Assembly: GCA_963764165.1 (NCBI GenBank)
Contig: CAVXRD010000002.1
Location: forward strand, 3,328,001-3,392,000
Length of the DNA: 64,000 nt
Direction: 5' to 3'
From: an uncultured Verrucomicrobiae bacterium
Lineage (GTDB): Bacteria > Verrucomicrobiota > Verrucomicrobiia > Limisphaerales > Palsa-1400
The position numbers and the translations under genes are program-made. The stretch's first letter is position 1, and the number at the start of each line of letters is the position of its first letter. Shown here one piece after another: positions 28,492-38,949 of the stretch. The notes below the pieces were generated by a model. It was not told the DNA's origin, did not search any database, and was given only the letters and a program-made list of their open reading frames with translations.

Positions 28492-29691
28492 TTATTGCTC
28501 CCCTTTCGGAATGGCCCAGTTCGTCTGCGCGCCCGGCCAAGGTTTGGTTGCCACTTTGTCGCCCGCGTGAAGTTGGGATTGATTGCCGATCACGACTTTT
28601 TCTCCCTCCTTCAACCCTCCCGTCACTTCGTAGCGGTTGGGCGTTTCCAACCCCAGAGTGACGACGCGCTCCTCGATTTGATTGTCCGAGTTAACCACAT
28701 CCACCGTGCTTCTCCTTGCGCTGGCCACCGCCTCGGTGGGAATAGCCAGCACGTTGGAATGATGTTCCACCTCCAAGACCACCGAAGCATACATGCCCGG
28801 CTTGATTTTTAGATCCGGGTTCTTCACCTCGATTTCGGTCGTCATCGTCCGTGTGGCATCATCGACCTGTTGCGTGAAGCGGGTCACTTTGGCTTCGAAT
28901 GTTTCGTTTCCCAGGGATTCCACCCGCACCGTCACCGTCGCGCCAAGCTCCACGTCCTTCACGTATTTGACTGACACTGGAAAATCCAGCCGCAGCAGGT
29001 AATTGTCGGCCACGCGAACCAATGCCCGCGCTTGGCCGGAGGAAGTGCCCGCCTGGATGAGCGCGCCGGGGTCGGCCGACCTCCACGTGACCACGCCGTC
29101 AAAAGGCGCGGTAATTTGCGTGTAACCGAAGAGTGTTTGATATTTCTCCACATCTGCTTTGGCGGAAGCCACTGCCGCCTGATTCATGCTGTCCTTGGCT
29201 CGCGCGGTGTCGATGTCCTGCTCGGCGACAAGATTGGGATGCTCCTTGTTGACATCAACAAGGCGGGTATAGATGAGATGGGCGTTGGTGTAATCGGCTT
29301 CCGCGCGATGTTCGGCGGCAATGGAGGCATCCAACTCGGCCTTCAATTCGGGAACTTCGAGCACGGCCAGCAATTGATTGGATTTGACCACATCACCAAA
29401 ATCGACGGTGATCGTTTTCAGGTAGCCCGACACTTTGGCATTCAACTCGGCTTCGACATAGGGGCGGAACTCGGCGGGTATGGTGACTTCGTTGTACAAG
29501 TCCTGGCGCTCAACGGTGGCTACCGCCACGGTGCGCTCAGGCGTTTCCGTTGGGCGGGCAACGGCATCGCGTCTTCTCAACATCCACACGCAAAACACCA
29601 CCAGCGCGAGAATGACGATGGCAATGGTCCACGAAGTTTTGCGACTTCGCCGCGGATGAGTTGTGTCTGGCTGAGGTTCGTGCTCGCTCAT
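28492..29691 (-). CDS. RND periplasmic adaptor (MFP)
   Basis: N-terminal TM; AKVSGYL..I.VD.GD.V, I.APFDGVV, D.ATRT, PGMY motifs. Confidence 0.93.
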   Translation of the reverse strand: MSEHEPQPDTTHPRRSRKTSWTIAIVILALVVFCVWMLRRRDAVARPTETPERTVAVATVERQDLYNEVTIPAEFRPYVEAELNAKVSGYLKTITVDFGDVVKSNQLLAVLEVPELKAELDASIAAEHRAEADYTNAHLIYTRLVDVNKEHPNLVAEQDIDTARAKDSMNQAAVASAKADVEKYQTLFGYTQITAPFDGVVTWRSADPGALIQAGTSSGQARALVRVADNYLLRLDFPVSVKYVKDVELGATVTVRVESLGNETFEAKVTRFTQQVDDATRTMTTEIEVKNPDLKIKPGMYASVVLEVEHHSNVLAIPTEAVASARRSTVDVVNSDNQIEERVVTLGLETPNRYEVTGGLKEGEKVVIGNQSQLHAGDKVATKPWPGAQTNWAIPKGEQ

Positions 29692-31112
29692 AGGTATTTT
29701 TTTGAAGTGACTTGAGCCAGCGGCAACTCGATTCGGAAGACGCTGCCACTCCCTTCGTTGCTTGTCACATCCACCCGGCCGCCGTGGGCCACGCAAATCG
29801 ACTTGACAATGGCCAGCCCCAAACCGGCTCCGCCCGCATCGCGCGAACGCGCTTTATCCACGCGATAAAAACGCTCGAAAATATGCGGCAGCGCGCTGGC
29901 TGGAATGCCAATGCCCGTATCCTCCACTTCGATGACGGCTTTGCCATCGCGGGCATGCACGCGAAGATGGATCGACCCGCCCGCCGGCGTGTATTTGATG
30001 GCGTTGTCCAACAGATTGACCACGACCTGTTTGATTCGGGCGCGGTCGCCTTCCACGCTAACGTCACCCTCCGCCTGGCAGGCCACGGCCACTTCCTTGT
30101 CTTCCGCCAATAACGACATTTGCTCAGTCGTGCCGGCCGCCAGCGAAGCCAAATCGAATCGCTCCCATGTTTGCTGCGCCTCCCCGCCGTCGAGCCGCGA
30201 AATGGCAAACAGGGCGTCCACGATTTTTGCCAGGCGGTCCACTTCCTCCAAAGCGCTGCCTGCCCGGTCTCTCAATTCCGGCAAGGCGCTGGCTTGCTCC
30301 ACGACGCTTTCCATTTCGCCGCGCAAGGCGGCCAGCGGTGTGCGAAGCTCGTGCGATGCATCCGCCAGGAAACGGCGGTTCTGCTCCAGCGCCTCGCTCA
30401 AACGGACGATCATGCGGTTGAGCGCCAGCGACAATCGCTCCAATTCATCGCCGGTGTTGGTGAGCGCCAGCCGCCCGTTCAAATTATGCAGAGTGATTTG
30501 TTCGGCGCTGCGGGCAATTTGCTCCACGGGCGCCAGCGCGCGGCCGACTAATACAAAACCGCCTCCCACCGCCACCAAACCCAGCAGAGGCACGCCGAGC
30601 AGCAGCGACATTCGCATGTGGGACAAAGTTGTTTCGATGGGCGCCATAGGTCCGGCACTCTCAATAAGCAAACGCCTCCCACTGCTCGCCGGCACGACCC
30701 TGAGTGTCACCATCAATTTGCTTTCATCTGCAAGCGGCTCTTTCACGACTGCGCCGTCGCGAACCACAGTGGCCGCCAGCGGCCGCAAACTCGATGGATC
30801 AAAACTCGCTGTCCGCCCGGAAGCGTAGAGCACGCTTCCATCCGGGCGGGTGATGCGAATGAATCGATCCGATTTCTCCGGCGCATAGCGAGTCGCAATC
30901 TGCTCAGCGACATAACGCTCGCCTGTCTTGTCGATCTCGCTCAGCAGCGAAAGAGCGATCTGATCTGAGCGCCGGAAAAGCAACTGCGCCAAATTGCTCT
31001 CCAGATGATCCCGAAGAACCTGGTAGAGCGCGACGCTGAATAACAGGAACGCGCCTGTCAACAACCCGGCGTACCAGATAATCAAGCGAAAGCGAATGGA
31101 ACGGGGATTCAT
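29688..31112 (-). CDS. HAMP sensor histidine kinase (CusS-like)
   Basis: Two TMs, HAMP (DEL.RL...LN.M), ADASHELRTPL, NLLDNAIKY, FERFYRVD, G.GLGL. Confidence 0.93.
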   Translation of the reverse strand: MNPRSIRFRLIIWYAGLLTGAFLLFSVALYQVLRDHLESNLAQLLFRRSDQIALSLLSEIDKTGERYVAEQIATRYAPEKSDRFIRITRPDGSVLYASGRTASFDPSSLRPLAATVVRDGAVVKEPLADESKLMVTLRVVPASSGRRLLIESAGPMAPIETTLSHMRMSLLLGVPLLGLVAVGGGFVLVGRALAPVEQIARSAEQITLHNLNGRLALTNTGDELERLSLALNRMIVRLSEALEQNRRFLADASHELRTPLAALRGEMESVVEQASALPELRDRAGSALEEVDRLAKIVDALFAISRLDGGEAQQTWERFDLASLAAGTTEQMSLLAEDKEVAVACQAEGDVSVEGDRARIKQVVVNLLDNAIKYTPAGGSIHLRVHARDGKAVIEVEDTGIGIPASALPHIFERFYRVDKARSRDAGGAGLGLAIVKSICVAHGGRVDVTSNEGSGSVFRIELPLAQVTSKKYL

Positions 31113-31789
31113 GCCGCGCCTTCATCGCTGATGGAATATCCGACGCCGCGCACCGTTTGGATCAGTTTTTTCGCATGCGGATCATCCAGCTTGCTCCGCA
31201 AGTGGCGGACATAGACATCCACAATATTGGTGAGGCCCTGGAAGCTTTCATCCCAAACGTGCTCAATGATCATCGTTCGCGAAACGACCCTGCCCGCGTT
31301 CGCGGAAAGGTATTCGAGCAGGCTATATTCCTTGGGCGTGAGTTCGATCCGTTTACCGGCCCGCCTTGCCTGCTGTTTTTGGCGGTCGATTTCCAAATCG
31401 CCTATCCGAAGAAGGCTGGCCCGGTCCGGGGACCCGCGCCGCAATAGCGCCTTGACGCGCACCAAAAATTCGTCAAAAGCAAAGGGCTTGGTCAAATAAT
31501 CATCGGCTCCCGCCTCGAAATTTTCCACCTTTTCGGCGGTGCCGGCGCGCGCGGTCAGCACCAAAACCGGCACTTGCGAACCTCGCCGCCGGATTCGCTT
31601 AAGAACTTCGAGTCCGCTCAAGCCAGGCAGCATCAAATCAAGAACCACCAGATCGTAGCTGCACGTGCTGGCCATGTCCCAGCCGGATTGGCCGTCATTG
31701 ACCACATCCACGGCGAACCGCTGGTCGCGCAACCCCCGCGCGACAAATTCAGCCACCTTCCGCTCGTCTTCGATCACCAATATTCTCAT
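31109..31789 (-). CDS. OmpR-family response regulator (CusR-like)
   Basis: ILVIEDE, LDLMLP, GADDYL.KPF, LTPKEY, N.VDVY...LR.K, TVRGVGY. Confidence 0.95.
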   Translation of the reverse strand: MRILVIEDERKVAEFVARGLRDQRFAVDVVNDGQSGWDMASTCSYDLVVLDLMLPGLSGLEVLKRIRRRGSQVPVLVLTARAGTAEKVENFEAGADDYLTKPFAFDEFLVRVKALLRRGSPDRASLLRIGDLEIDRQKQQARRAGKRIELTPKEYSLLEYLSANAGRVVSRTMIIEHVWDESFQGLTNIVDVYVRHLRSKLDDPHAKKLIQTVRGVGYSISDEGAA

Positions 31790-32092
31790 GCCTTTGCACT
31801 ATCTGACAGGATGGACATTAAAACCTGCTGAATAATACATTAAATTCCATTCAGAATTCGATTGTGGAGTGAAGCGGCGCCAAGCCAGGGCATGGCCTGT
31901 CCGAAGTTGCCCTTTGAAATCGCTGTTGAGCAAGAATCCGATGCTCAACGGTTGGTGAAAGCCCCTGCCGCCCCTAAAGGAACGGATTTGTGGGCGATGA
32001 AGCGACGGCAGAGACGCCTCGGCGGGGCGCCCCCGCCTCGAAACTCTCGGCTTTTGGTTGACGCGGATGCGTGGACGCACTTTTCTTAAGGC

Positions 32093-33022
32093 ATGACAAC
32101 GGCGTTGGATTCCACGCGGCGGCAATTCCTAAAAACGACAGCCATGGCGGCAGCCGCGCTGCCTCCTCTCCTCGATGCCTCCGGCGAACCAGCGCCCCCG
32201 CCCGCCCGCAAGCGCAAGATCAAGAAGGGCATCATGCTGGGTGCGGTGCCGGGAGCCATGTCGGTGTTGGGTAAATTCAAGCTTGTCAAGGCCGCGGGCT
32301 TTGAGGGCGTGGAAGTCAATTCGGGTGATTATCGCGACGAAATTCTCCGCGCGCGCGACGCGACAGGTTTGGAAATTGCGACGGTGGTGGACTCCGTTCA
32401 CTGGAATAAAAGCCTTGCTGACAACTCGCTGGAAGTTCGGGCCGCCGGTTTGGATGGGCTCCGCACCGCCTTGCAGGATGCCAAAGCCTATGGCGCGTCC
32501 TCAGTGCTGCTCGTCCCGGCGGTGGTCAATGAGCAGGTGTCATATGACGCCGCTTATTCGCGCTCGGTGGAAGAGATTTCCAAAGTCAAACAAACGGCCG
32601 AGGATTTGGGAGTAAAAATCGGCATCGAAAATGTCTGGAATCAATTCCTGCTGAGCCCAATGGAAGCCGTCCGTTACGTGGATCAATTTCACAGCTCCGC
32701 CATGCGATGGCATTTTGACGTGGGCAACGTGATCAATTACGGCTGGCCGGAGCAGTGGATTCGCATCCTCGGCGTTCGCATCCACAAGTTGCACATCAAG
32801 GAATTCAGCCGGAAAAAGAGGAACGACGAAGGTTTGTGGAAAGGCTTCCATGTGGAGTACATGGAAGGCGACAACAATTGGCCGGAAGTCATGAAGGCCC
32901 TTGATGAAATCGGCTACGAAGGCTGGGGCACGGCCGAACCCGCCTACTGGCCTGACGGAGTGGAACTGCCGGCGCGGCTGGACCAAATCTCCCGCAAATT
33001 GGACCAAATATTCAATCTTTAG
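32093..33022 (+). CDS. Tat-exported sugar phosphate isomerase/epimerase (xylose-isomerase-like TIM barrel)
   Basis: TRRQFLK Tat signal; GFEGVE, IENVWN.FL.SP, FDVGN, H.KEF motifs. Confidence 0.88.
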   Translation: MTTALDSTRRQFLKTTAMAAAALPPLLDASGEPAPPPARKRKIKKGIMLGAVPGAMSVLGKFKLVKAAGFEGVEVNSGDYRDEILRARDATGLEIATVVDSVHWNKSLADNSLEVRAAGLDGLRTALQDAKAYGASSVLLVPAVVNEQVSYDAAYSRSVEEISKVKQTAEDLGVKIGIENVWNQFLLSPMEAVRYVDQFHSSAMRWHFDVGNVINYGWPEQWIRILGVRIHKLHIKEFSRKKRNDEGLWKGFHVEYMEGDNNWPEVMKALDEIGYEGWGTAEPAYWPDGVELPARLDQISRKLDQIFNL

Positions 33023-33269
33023 GGAATGAGCGCATCTTATTGCGCCAGAGAAATTCACACAAAGATGAGCATTTCGTATTGAATGCCGCGGGGCTTTTGG
33101 CTAGAACAAACCCGATGACCTCCGTTGGCATCGTGCGAATGGGCCAAAAAAACAGGGGTTGGCGTAGCGGAATAAAGATAGGGATCCACAAAGCCTGGGT
33201 TACTCTTGATTTCCGGCACGAAGGTTGTCACCACACAAAAACTTCTGGTCGGCGGATGCAAAACCGCTC

Positions 33270-34523
33270 ATGAAAAATGGAATCCCCGAACGACGCGTCG
33301 TCATAACCGGCATGGGTGTGGTTTCGCCCTGCGGCACCAGCCTCGGCACATTTTGGGCTAATATTCGCGGCGGCATCAGCTCGGCCGCTCCGGTCACCCG
33401 CTTTGACGTTTCAAAAATGCCCGTCAAAATCGCGGCTGAAGTCAAAGGCTTCAATGCCGCGGATTTTATCGCCACCAAAAAGCCGGGACGCCTTGACCGC
33501 TCGATTCAATATGGCGTCGCGGCCGCTGGAATGGCGGTAAAAGATTCCCATCTTGACCTTCGCAGCCTTGACCCCGATCGCGTCGGCGTGGTGGAAGGCA
33601 CGACCATCAGCGGGGCGGAAAGCATTATCAAGGCGCGTGACAGCTTTGCCTCCCTTGGCGGCAACTACCGCGCGCTTCATCCCTACAACGTGGTGGCGGG
33701 TTATTGCGGCGAAGGCAGCAGCACGATCAGCCTCCACCTGGGAATTCGCGGGCACGCGGTGACCTATTGCTCCGGTTGCGCCTCCGGAAACGACGCCATC
33801 GGCTACGCCTGCCGCATGATTCAATGCGACGATGTTGACGTCGCCGTTGCGGGCGGCGCGGAAGAGTCCATGGAGATGCTGCACGCTGGATTCTGCCGCG
33901 TTCGCGCCATGACGGAACATGACGGCAAACCCGGTGAGGCCATGAGGCCATTTGACCGTTCGCGTGATGGATTTGTTCTCGGAGAAGGATCGGCGTTTTT
34001 CATTCTTGAGGAATTGTCCCATGCCCTTGGCCGGCGCGCCCACATTTACGCGGAGGTGATTGGGCATGGCCGGAGTTGCGAAGCCTATCATGCCACAGAT
34101 CCGCACCCGGATGGACTCGGCTATGTCAAGGCGCTCGAGAAGGCGATTCGCAGCGCCCGGATTCATCCGAGCGAGGTCGACTACATTAATGCCCACGGCT
34201 CCGCCACGCCGCTCAATGATTCCATTGAAACCAAGGCGATCAAAACAGTGTTCCGCGAACACGCCAAACGCCTCGCCATCAGCGCGACCAAGCCGGTGAC
34301 GGGCCATTTGATGGGAGCTTCGGGAGCCATTGAAACGATGGTTTGCGCGCTGGCGCTGCTTCATCAGGAAATCCCGCCCACGATCAATTTGAACGATCCC
34401 GATCCCGCCTGCGATCTGGATTACGTCAGCGGGGATGCCCGGGCTTTTCCCCTGCGCATTGGTGTTAATTTGAACGCGGGCTTCGGCGGGCGCTACGCCT
34501 GCCTGGTGCTCAGAAAATTCTGA
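33270..34523 (+). CDS. Beta-ketoacyl-ACP synthase II-like ketosynthase (divergent FabF paralogue)
   Basis: RRVVITGMG, SGCASG (Cys), RPFD..RDGFV.GEG, NAHGSAT and TGHLMGASG (His-His), GFGG. Confidence 0.88.
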   Translation: MKNGIPERRVVITGMGVVSPCGTSLGTFWANIRGGISSAAPVTRFDVSKMPVKIAAEVKGFNAADFIATKKPGRLDRSIQYGVAAAGMAVKDSHLDLRSLDPDRVGVVEGTTISGAESIIKARDSFASLGGNYRALHPYNVVAGYCGEGSSTISLHLGIRGHAVTYCSGCASGNDAIGYACRMIQCDDVDVAVAGGAEESMEMLHAGFCRVRAMTEHDGKPGEAMRPFDRSRDGFVLGEGSAFFILEELSHALGRRAHIYAEVIGHGRSCEAYHATDPHPDGLGYVKALEKAIRSARIHPSEVDYINAHGSATPLNDSIETKAIKTVFREHAKRLAISATKPVTGHLMGASGAIETMVCALALLHQEIPPTINLNDPDPACDLDYVSGDARAFPLRIGVNLNAGFGGRYACLVLRKF

Positions 34524-34528
34524 CGGCG

Positions 34529-36727
34529 ATGACCACGCTTGAAATCATTCAGATGACAGCGCTGGCGGCGACGGCCTTCAACGTTCTGCTGACAGTGCTT
34601 GTCCTTTCGCGCGATATGCGGTCAAACCTGCACCGGGCTTACCTCGGCTGGGGCGTATCGGTGACGCTTTGGAATTTGGGCGTCTACTATTTAAGCCGCC
34701 ACATTTTGGAACAAGAGGCGATGCGATGGGCCAAGGTGCTGCAATTGGGCGTGATCTTCATGCCGGTGACACTGTTTCATCTTTGTTTGATCATCGCGCA
34801 AGCGCAGCGGCAATCGGTGAAATGGGGAATGAGGCTTTTGTATTTGGTTCATTCGGGCTTCGCTGCCGCCCTCTTCTCGAATCATTTCATCGCCGGGGTC
34901 CGCTGGCTCGAAGTGGGTTGGTGGTCCAAAAGCGGAACAGGCTTTAATATCTTCAGTTATATCTACGTTTTCGAGACGGCGGGGTTGGTGACGCTGCTCT
35001 ATCGCAAACAAAAATCGGTGCCGCCCATCCAGCGCACGCGGCTTCGCGCGCTGCTCGTCGCCATCGTTGGCCTGTGGATTTTTGGGACAAATGACTTGAT
35101 GCCGATTCTCGGCCATGAAACCTATCCGTTCACCCATATTAAATTCTACCCGCTGGGGAGTTTGGCGGCGGTTTTTTATGTGGTCATCATCGGTTACAGC
35201 GTGCTGCAGCATCGCCTGCTGGACATCCACCTGACGCTGAGCCGGTTCGCGGCCCAGATGGTCCGCATGCTCTTCATGATGCTGGTGGGATTCCTCCTGC
35301 TGCTGCTGGTCTTGTGCTTCGCGCCGGATCAATTCACCAAATTCTCCTTCGGCGCGGACATGGCGGTGCTGATGGCCAGCGCGCTGGTGGCTTCGGTGTT
35401 CTTCCCGCAATTTTTCGGCAAGGGCAGCGACAAATTGGAGCGGCAGATTTTGGGTGACCGCTTTGAATACCATACGCAGGTGCAGAACCTCATCCAGATG
35501 ATGCGCACCTTCCCCGAGCCGCAATACTTGATGCAGGAATTGCAGGACCTGCTGGCCGGCACGATGAAAATGCGGAGCTACCAGATCATTCTACTTGATG
35601 AAACCACGCGCGGATTCAAGCTCTTCCATTGCCATCCGGCGGGCATGGCTTCCAGCCTCCCGGAATTGCAGGTGGATTCGCCCGTCATCCGATATTTCCA
35701 GCGCACGCGGGCCAAATGGCTCTCGTGCAACCTCGTCTACGAAACGGACCAGGAATCCCTTTTGCAGCGGGAGGCGCGGCTGCAGGTAAAAGAGTTCGAG
35801 CCGGAGTTCTGCTTTCCGTTCATGATGGCCGACGACCTCATCGGATTCATGATGCTCGGCCGCAAGGCGAGCGGCGAGCTTTTCACCCTCTACGATTTGC
35901 AATTATTGACAGAGCTGTCCTCGGGGCTTGGGCTGGTGCTGAACCAGATCCGCCTCCGCCAGCAATTGCAAGTGGTGCATGAGCAGGATTTGCTGGGGCG
36001 CATGTCGCGCGGCCTGGCGCACGATTTGAACAACTTGCTGACGCCCGTCCAGACGCTCCTGCAGCTTTGCCGCGACTCGCACATCAACCAGGAGACAATC
36101 GACGAGCTGCTGCCCATGTGCCTGCGAAACCTGGAGACGGTTCGTTCCTACGTCAACGAAGCGCTGTTCTTTTCGCGCTCCGCCAAATTGCAGGGTCATC
36201 CCGGGCTGCTCGACCAGATGGCGCGCGAATCCATCACGCTGGTTGAGCCGCAGGCGCAATCCAAGGGCGTCTCCGTCAGCTATGAAGGGCCGTCGGACAT
36301 CGAAATCGAAATGGATTCGGTGCTCATCAAGCGGCTCATTTGCAATTTGCTTTCAAACTCCATCGACGCCTCTCCGACGGGCGCGCAAGTGGAATTGCGG
36401 CTGACGCTGCTGCCCAAGACGGAGGTGCTGCGCGCATGGTATCGCCTGCGGGTGATCGATCACGGCGAAGGGATCAGCGCCGAGAATTTGCAGCGCGTTT
36501 TCACTCCCTATTTCACGACGAAGAACACCGGGGATGGAAAACGGGGATTTGGACTTGGACTGGCCATAGCGCATAAAATTGTCCATCTCCATGGAGGCAA
36601 TTTGAGCATCACCAGCAAGGAGAAAGAAGGCACGACCGTCCAGATCGATTTGCCCAGCCGGTTAAACCATGGCGCCGGCGCGGCAGTTGGCAGTGGAGCG
36701 CAGCGTTACCACGCGGTTTCGGCATGA
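34529..36727 (+). CDS. Sensor histidine kinase: multi-TM (HisKA_7TM-like) + GAF-like + HisKA/HATPase
   Basis: About 9 hydrophobic segments; GAF-like 'LIGFMMLGRKASGELFT..D.QLL'; LAHDLNNLL, NLLSNSIDA, D.GEGI, FTTK, GFGLGL. Confidence 0.88.
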   Translation: MTTLEIIQMTALAATAFNVLLTVLVLSRDMRSNLHRAYLGWGVSVTLWNLGVYYLSRHILEQEAMRWAKVLQLGVIFMPVTLFHLCLIIAQAQRQSVKWGMRLLYLVHSGFAAALFSNHFIAGVRWLEVGWWSKSGTGFNIFSYIYVFETAGLVTLLYRKQKSVPPIQRTRLRALLVAIVGLWIFGTNDLMPILGHETYPFTHIKFYPLGSLAAVFYVVIIGYSVLQHRLLDIHLTLSRFAAQMVRMLFMMLVGFLLLLLVLCFAPDQFTKFSFGADMAVLMASALVASVFFPQFFGKGSDKLERQILGDRFEYHTQVQNLIQMMRTFPEPQYLMQELQDLLAGTMKMRSYQIILLDETTRGFKLFHCHPAGMASSLPELQVDSPVIRYFQRTRAKWLSCNLVYETDQESLLQREARLQVKEFEPEFCFPFMMADDLIGFMMLGRKASGELFTLYDLQLLTELSSGLGLVLNQIRLRQQLQVVHEQDLLGRMSRGLAHDLNNLLTPVQTLLQLCRDSHINQETIDELLPMCLRNLETVRSYVNEALFFSRSAKLQGHPGLLDQMARESITLVEPQAQSKGVSVSYEGPSDIEIEMDSVLIKRLICNLLSNSIDASPTGAQVELRLTLLPKTEVLRAWYRLRVIDHGEGISAENLQRVFTPYFTTKNTGDGKRGFGLGLAIAHKIVHLHGGNLSITSKEKEGTTVQIDLPSRLNHGAGAAVGSGAQRYHAVSA

Positions 36728-38788
36728 GAACACTGCTCGTCATCGGTCCAGACACGGGACTCGGGGCGGCGGTGCGCGTTGCGCTTGATTCGACTCGTTA
36801 CCGGGTCATCGAGCAGGAGGATATTTCCGAGGAAACACTCCAGCTGACGGGCGGCTCTTCTTTCGATGTTTGTATATTTGACGCGGATTTGACCAACGTC
36901 GGGCCCATCCGCAAGGTGGAGCAACTGCGCCAATGGCTTCCCCATTGCCCCGTCATTCTTTACGCGGCGCAATCGCATTGGGCGTGGGAGGAAGACGCCT
37001 ATCTTCTCGGTGTCCGCCACATTTTGTCCAAGCCGGTGCGCGGCCGTTTGCTCCATGCGCTGCTGGATCGCATGTGGGATGCGCCCATCGTCGAGGAAGC
37101 GGCGCTGCTGCCCATGCCGGCCCCCCGTCCGCGCCAGGAGGAACAACAGCGCGCAGCCGATAGTTCGGCGGCCCCGGCGCGCATGCTGGAGCTGTTGCGC
37201 GACGCCTCCACCATTCTTTGCCACAGCCTCAGCGCGGAACCGCTGTTGAAGGAATTTCTCCTCGTGCTGCGCGAAATTCTCAGCCTCAACCGCGCCGCGA
37301 TTTTCCTGCGCGCGCCGCTGCACGCGGGCGAGACCGATCTCGTCCTGGGCAACTCCCAGCGGCTCACCTCGGCCTGCGCGCTGGGGCTCGCGCAGGGAAT
37401 CCTTGAGCATTTTGAATTGTCGCTCGGCGCGGGCATTGGCGCTTTTGCGTTCCGCTCCGGCCGCGTCCTGCGCCGCGACAGTGCGGAGGCGGAGCGCGAT
37501 CCGCGCATCGCCCGCGAATTCGACGCCCTCGGCGTTCGCGTGGCCATTCCGATGCTCGCCCGCGGCACGCTCATTGGAATCGCGATGCTTGACGAACGCA
37601 TCACCGGCGAGCCGATGAGCAACGACGAGCTGGCCCTCATTTTCCATCTCCTCGAGCAATTGGGCCTCGCCGTCAAAAACATCTGGTGGCACGAGCAGGT
37701 CACAGCCCGGCACGAAATGATGTTTGACATTCTTCACCACATCCGCGCGGGCTGCATTGTGGTGGGGCCGGAGTTGAACATTCTCCACGCCAACGAGACG
37801 GCCAAAAACTTTTTCCTCCGCCCGCATCGAACCGCCAAGACGTTCGATTTCAATGACCTTCCGCAAATCATCGGCGGCAAGGTTTTCACGGTTTTGAAAA
37901 CGGGCCAGCCGGTCATGGATTATAAATACCATTCGGCGACCTCGCTCGGACAGCGTTTTCAAATTTCCATCACGCCGTTCCTCAAAAAAAATTCGCCCGC
38001 GCCCACCGCCGCGCTCGTGGTGGTGGAGGACTGCACATCAGGCGACCGGTTGCGGCAGTTGGAAATTGAGACGGCCAATCTTCGCCTTGTCCAGCAGATG
38101 GCCGACCGGCTCGCGCACGAAATCGGCAATGCCGTTGTGCCCATTTCCACGCATCAGCAGCTTCTGCGGGATCGCATCAGCGACCCGGAATTTCAAATTT
38201 CATTGGGGTTCGCGATGGAGGAAGGCGTCAAGCGTGTCAGCCGCTTGGTGGATCAAATGCGCTTTCTTGCCCGCGACCGGATGGGTAAGATGGAGACTGT
38301 GCCCGTCAAACAAATCATCGAAGAGGCCTTTCGCGAGGCTCGCGCGTATCACCCCTCGAACACCGTGATTCTGCAGGTACGAGGCCACGGGCGAGGGCTT
38401 GAACGTGACCGGCGACCGTCAGAGCTTGCAGCACGCGTTCGCTGAGGTCGTTCTCAACGCGCTGCAGGCCAGCGATGGGTCGTGCCAGGTTCACGTCCGC
38501 ACGCGCGCGGAAACCGATTCCGCCGGGGCGCGCTGGGCCGAGGTTGAGGTGCAGGACAGCGGCGCGGGCTTTACGCCGGAAGCAGCCGCGAAGGCGATCG
38601 AGCCATTTTTCACGACACGAAAAGTCGGGCTTGGATTGGGGTTGGCGGTGACAAATAAAATTATCCAAATCCACGCCGGCAAAATGGAAATTCCGCCGCC
38701 GAAAGCCAATTCGCCCGGAATCGTTCGGATTTCTCTGCCGCTGGATCAGGCAGATCCTGCGCTTCCGGCCAAGTCCACCGGACGCTAA
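36724..38788 (+). CDS. Cytoplasmic hybrid kinase (atypical REC-GAF-PAS-HisKA-HATPase), split by a +1 frameshift at about 38377
   Basis: First ORF has a REC-like N-terminus, GAF, PAS-like region and LAHEIGN. The second frame supplies LNALQA, DSGAGF, PFFTTR, GLGLGL. Deleting one G in ctgcaGGtac joins them. Confidence 0.82.
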
Positions 38789-38802
38789 AACGCAGAATTT
38801 GC

Positions 38803-38896
38803 ACAGGATGAACAGGATTTACAGGATAAAGAATGATATCGCCTTCGAAGCGAAAGCATTGCCGGGGATTGTTTTCACTCCGGCTGTTCATCCTGT
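38803..38896. repeat. Palindromic element with ACAGGAT tandem arms
   Basis: acaggatgaacaggatttacaggat ... tgttcatcctgt. Confidence 0.6.
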
Positions 38897-38949
38897 CTCA
38901 ATTCCTCTCTGTTCGGCTCTTTCATCTGCATGGTTGCGGTAAAGCTGGC

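Noticed and set aside
23951..31789. Calling the RND/two-component cluster cus/czc (metal efflux)
   Set aside because: The regulator and kinase are CusRS-like, but I see no diagnostic metal-binding motifs in the pump, so the substrate is left unassigned.
33212..33230. Sigma-54-like site ccGGcacgaaggttGT upstream of the ketosynthase
   Set aside because: The -12 element is GT, not the near-invariant GC.
33055..33261. Small ORFs upstream of the ketosynthase as a signal-peptide precursor or ACP
   Set aside because: No DSL phosphopantetheine motif, RBS or coding-like composition.
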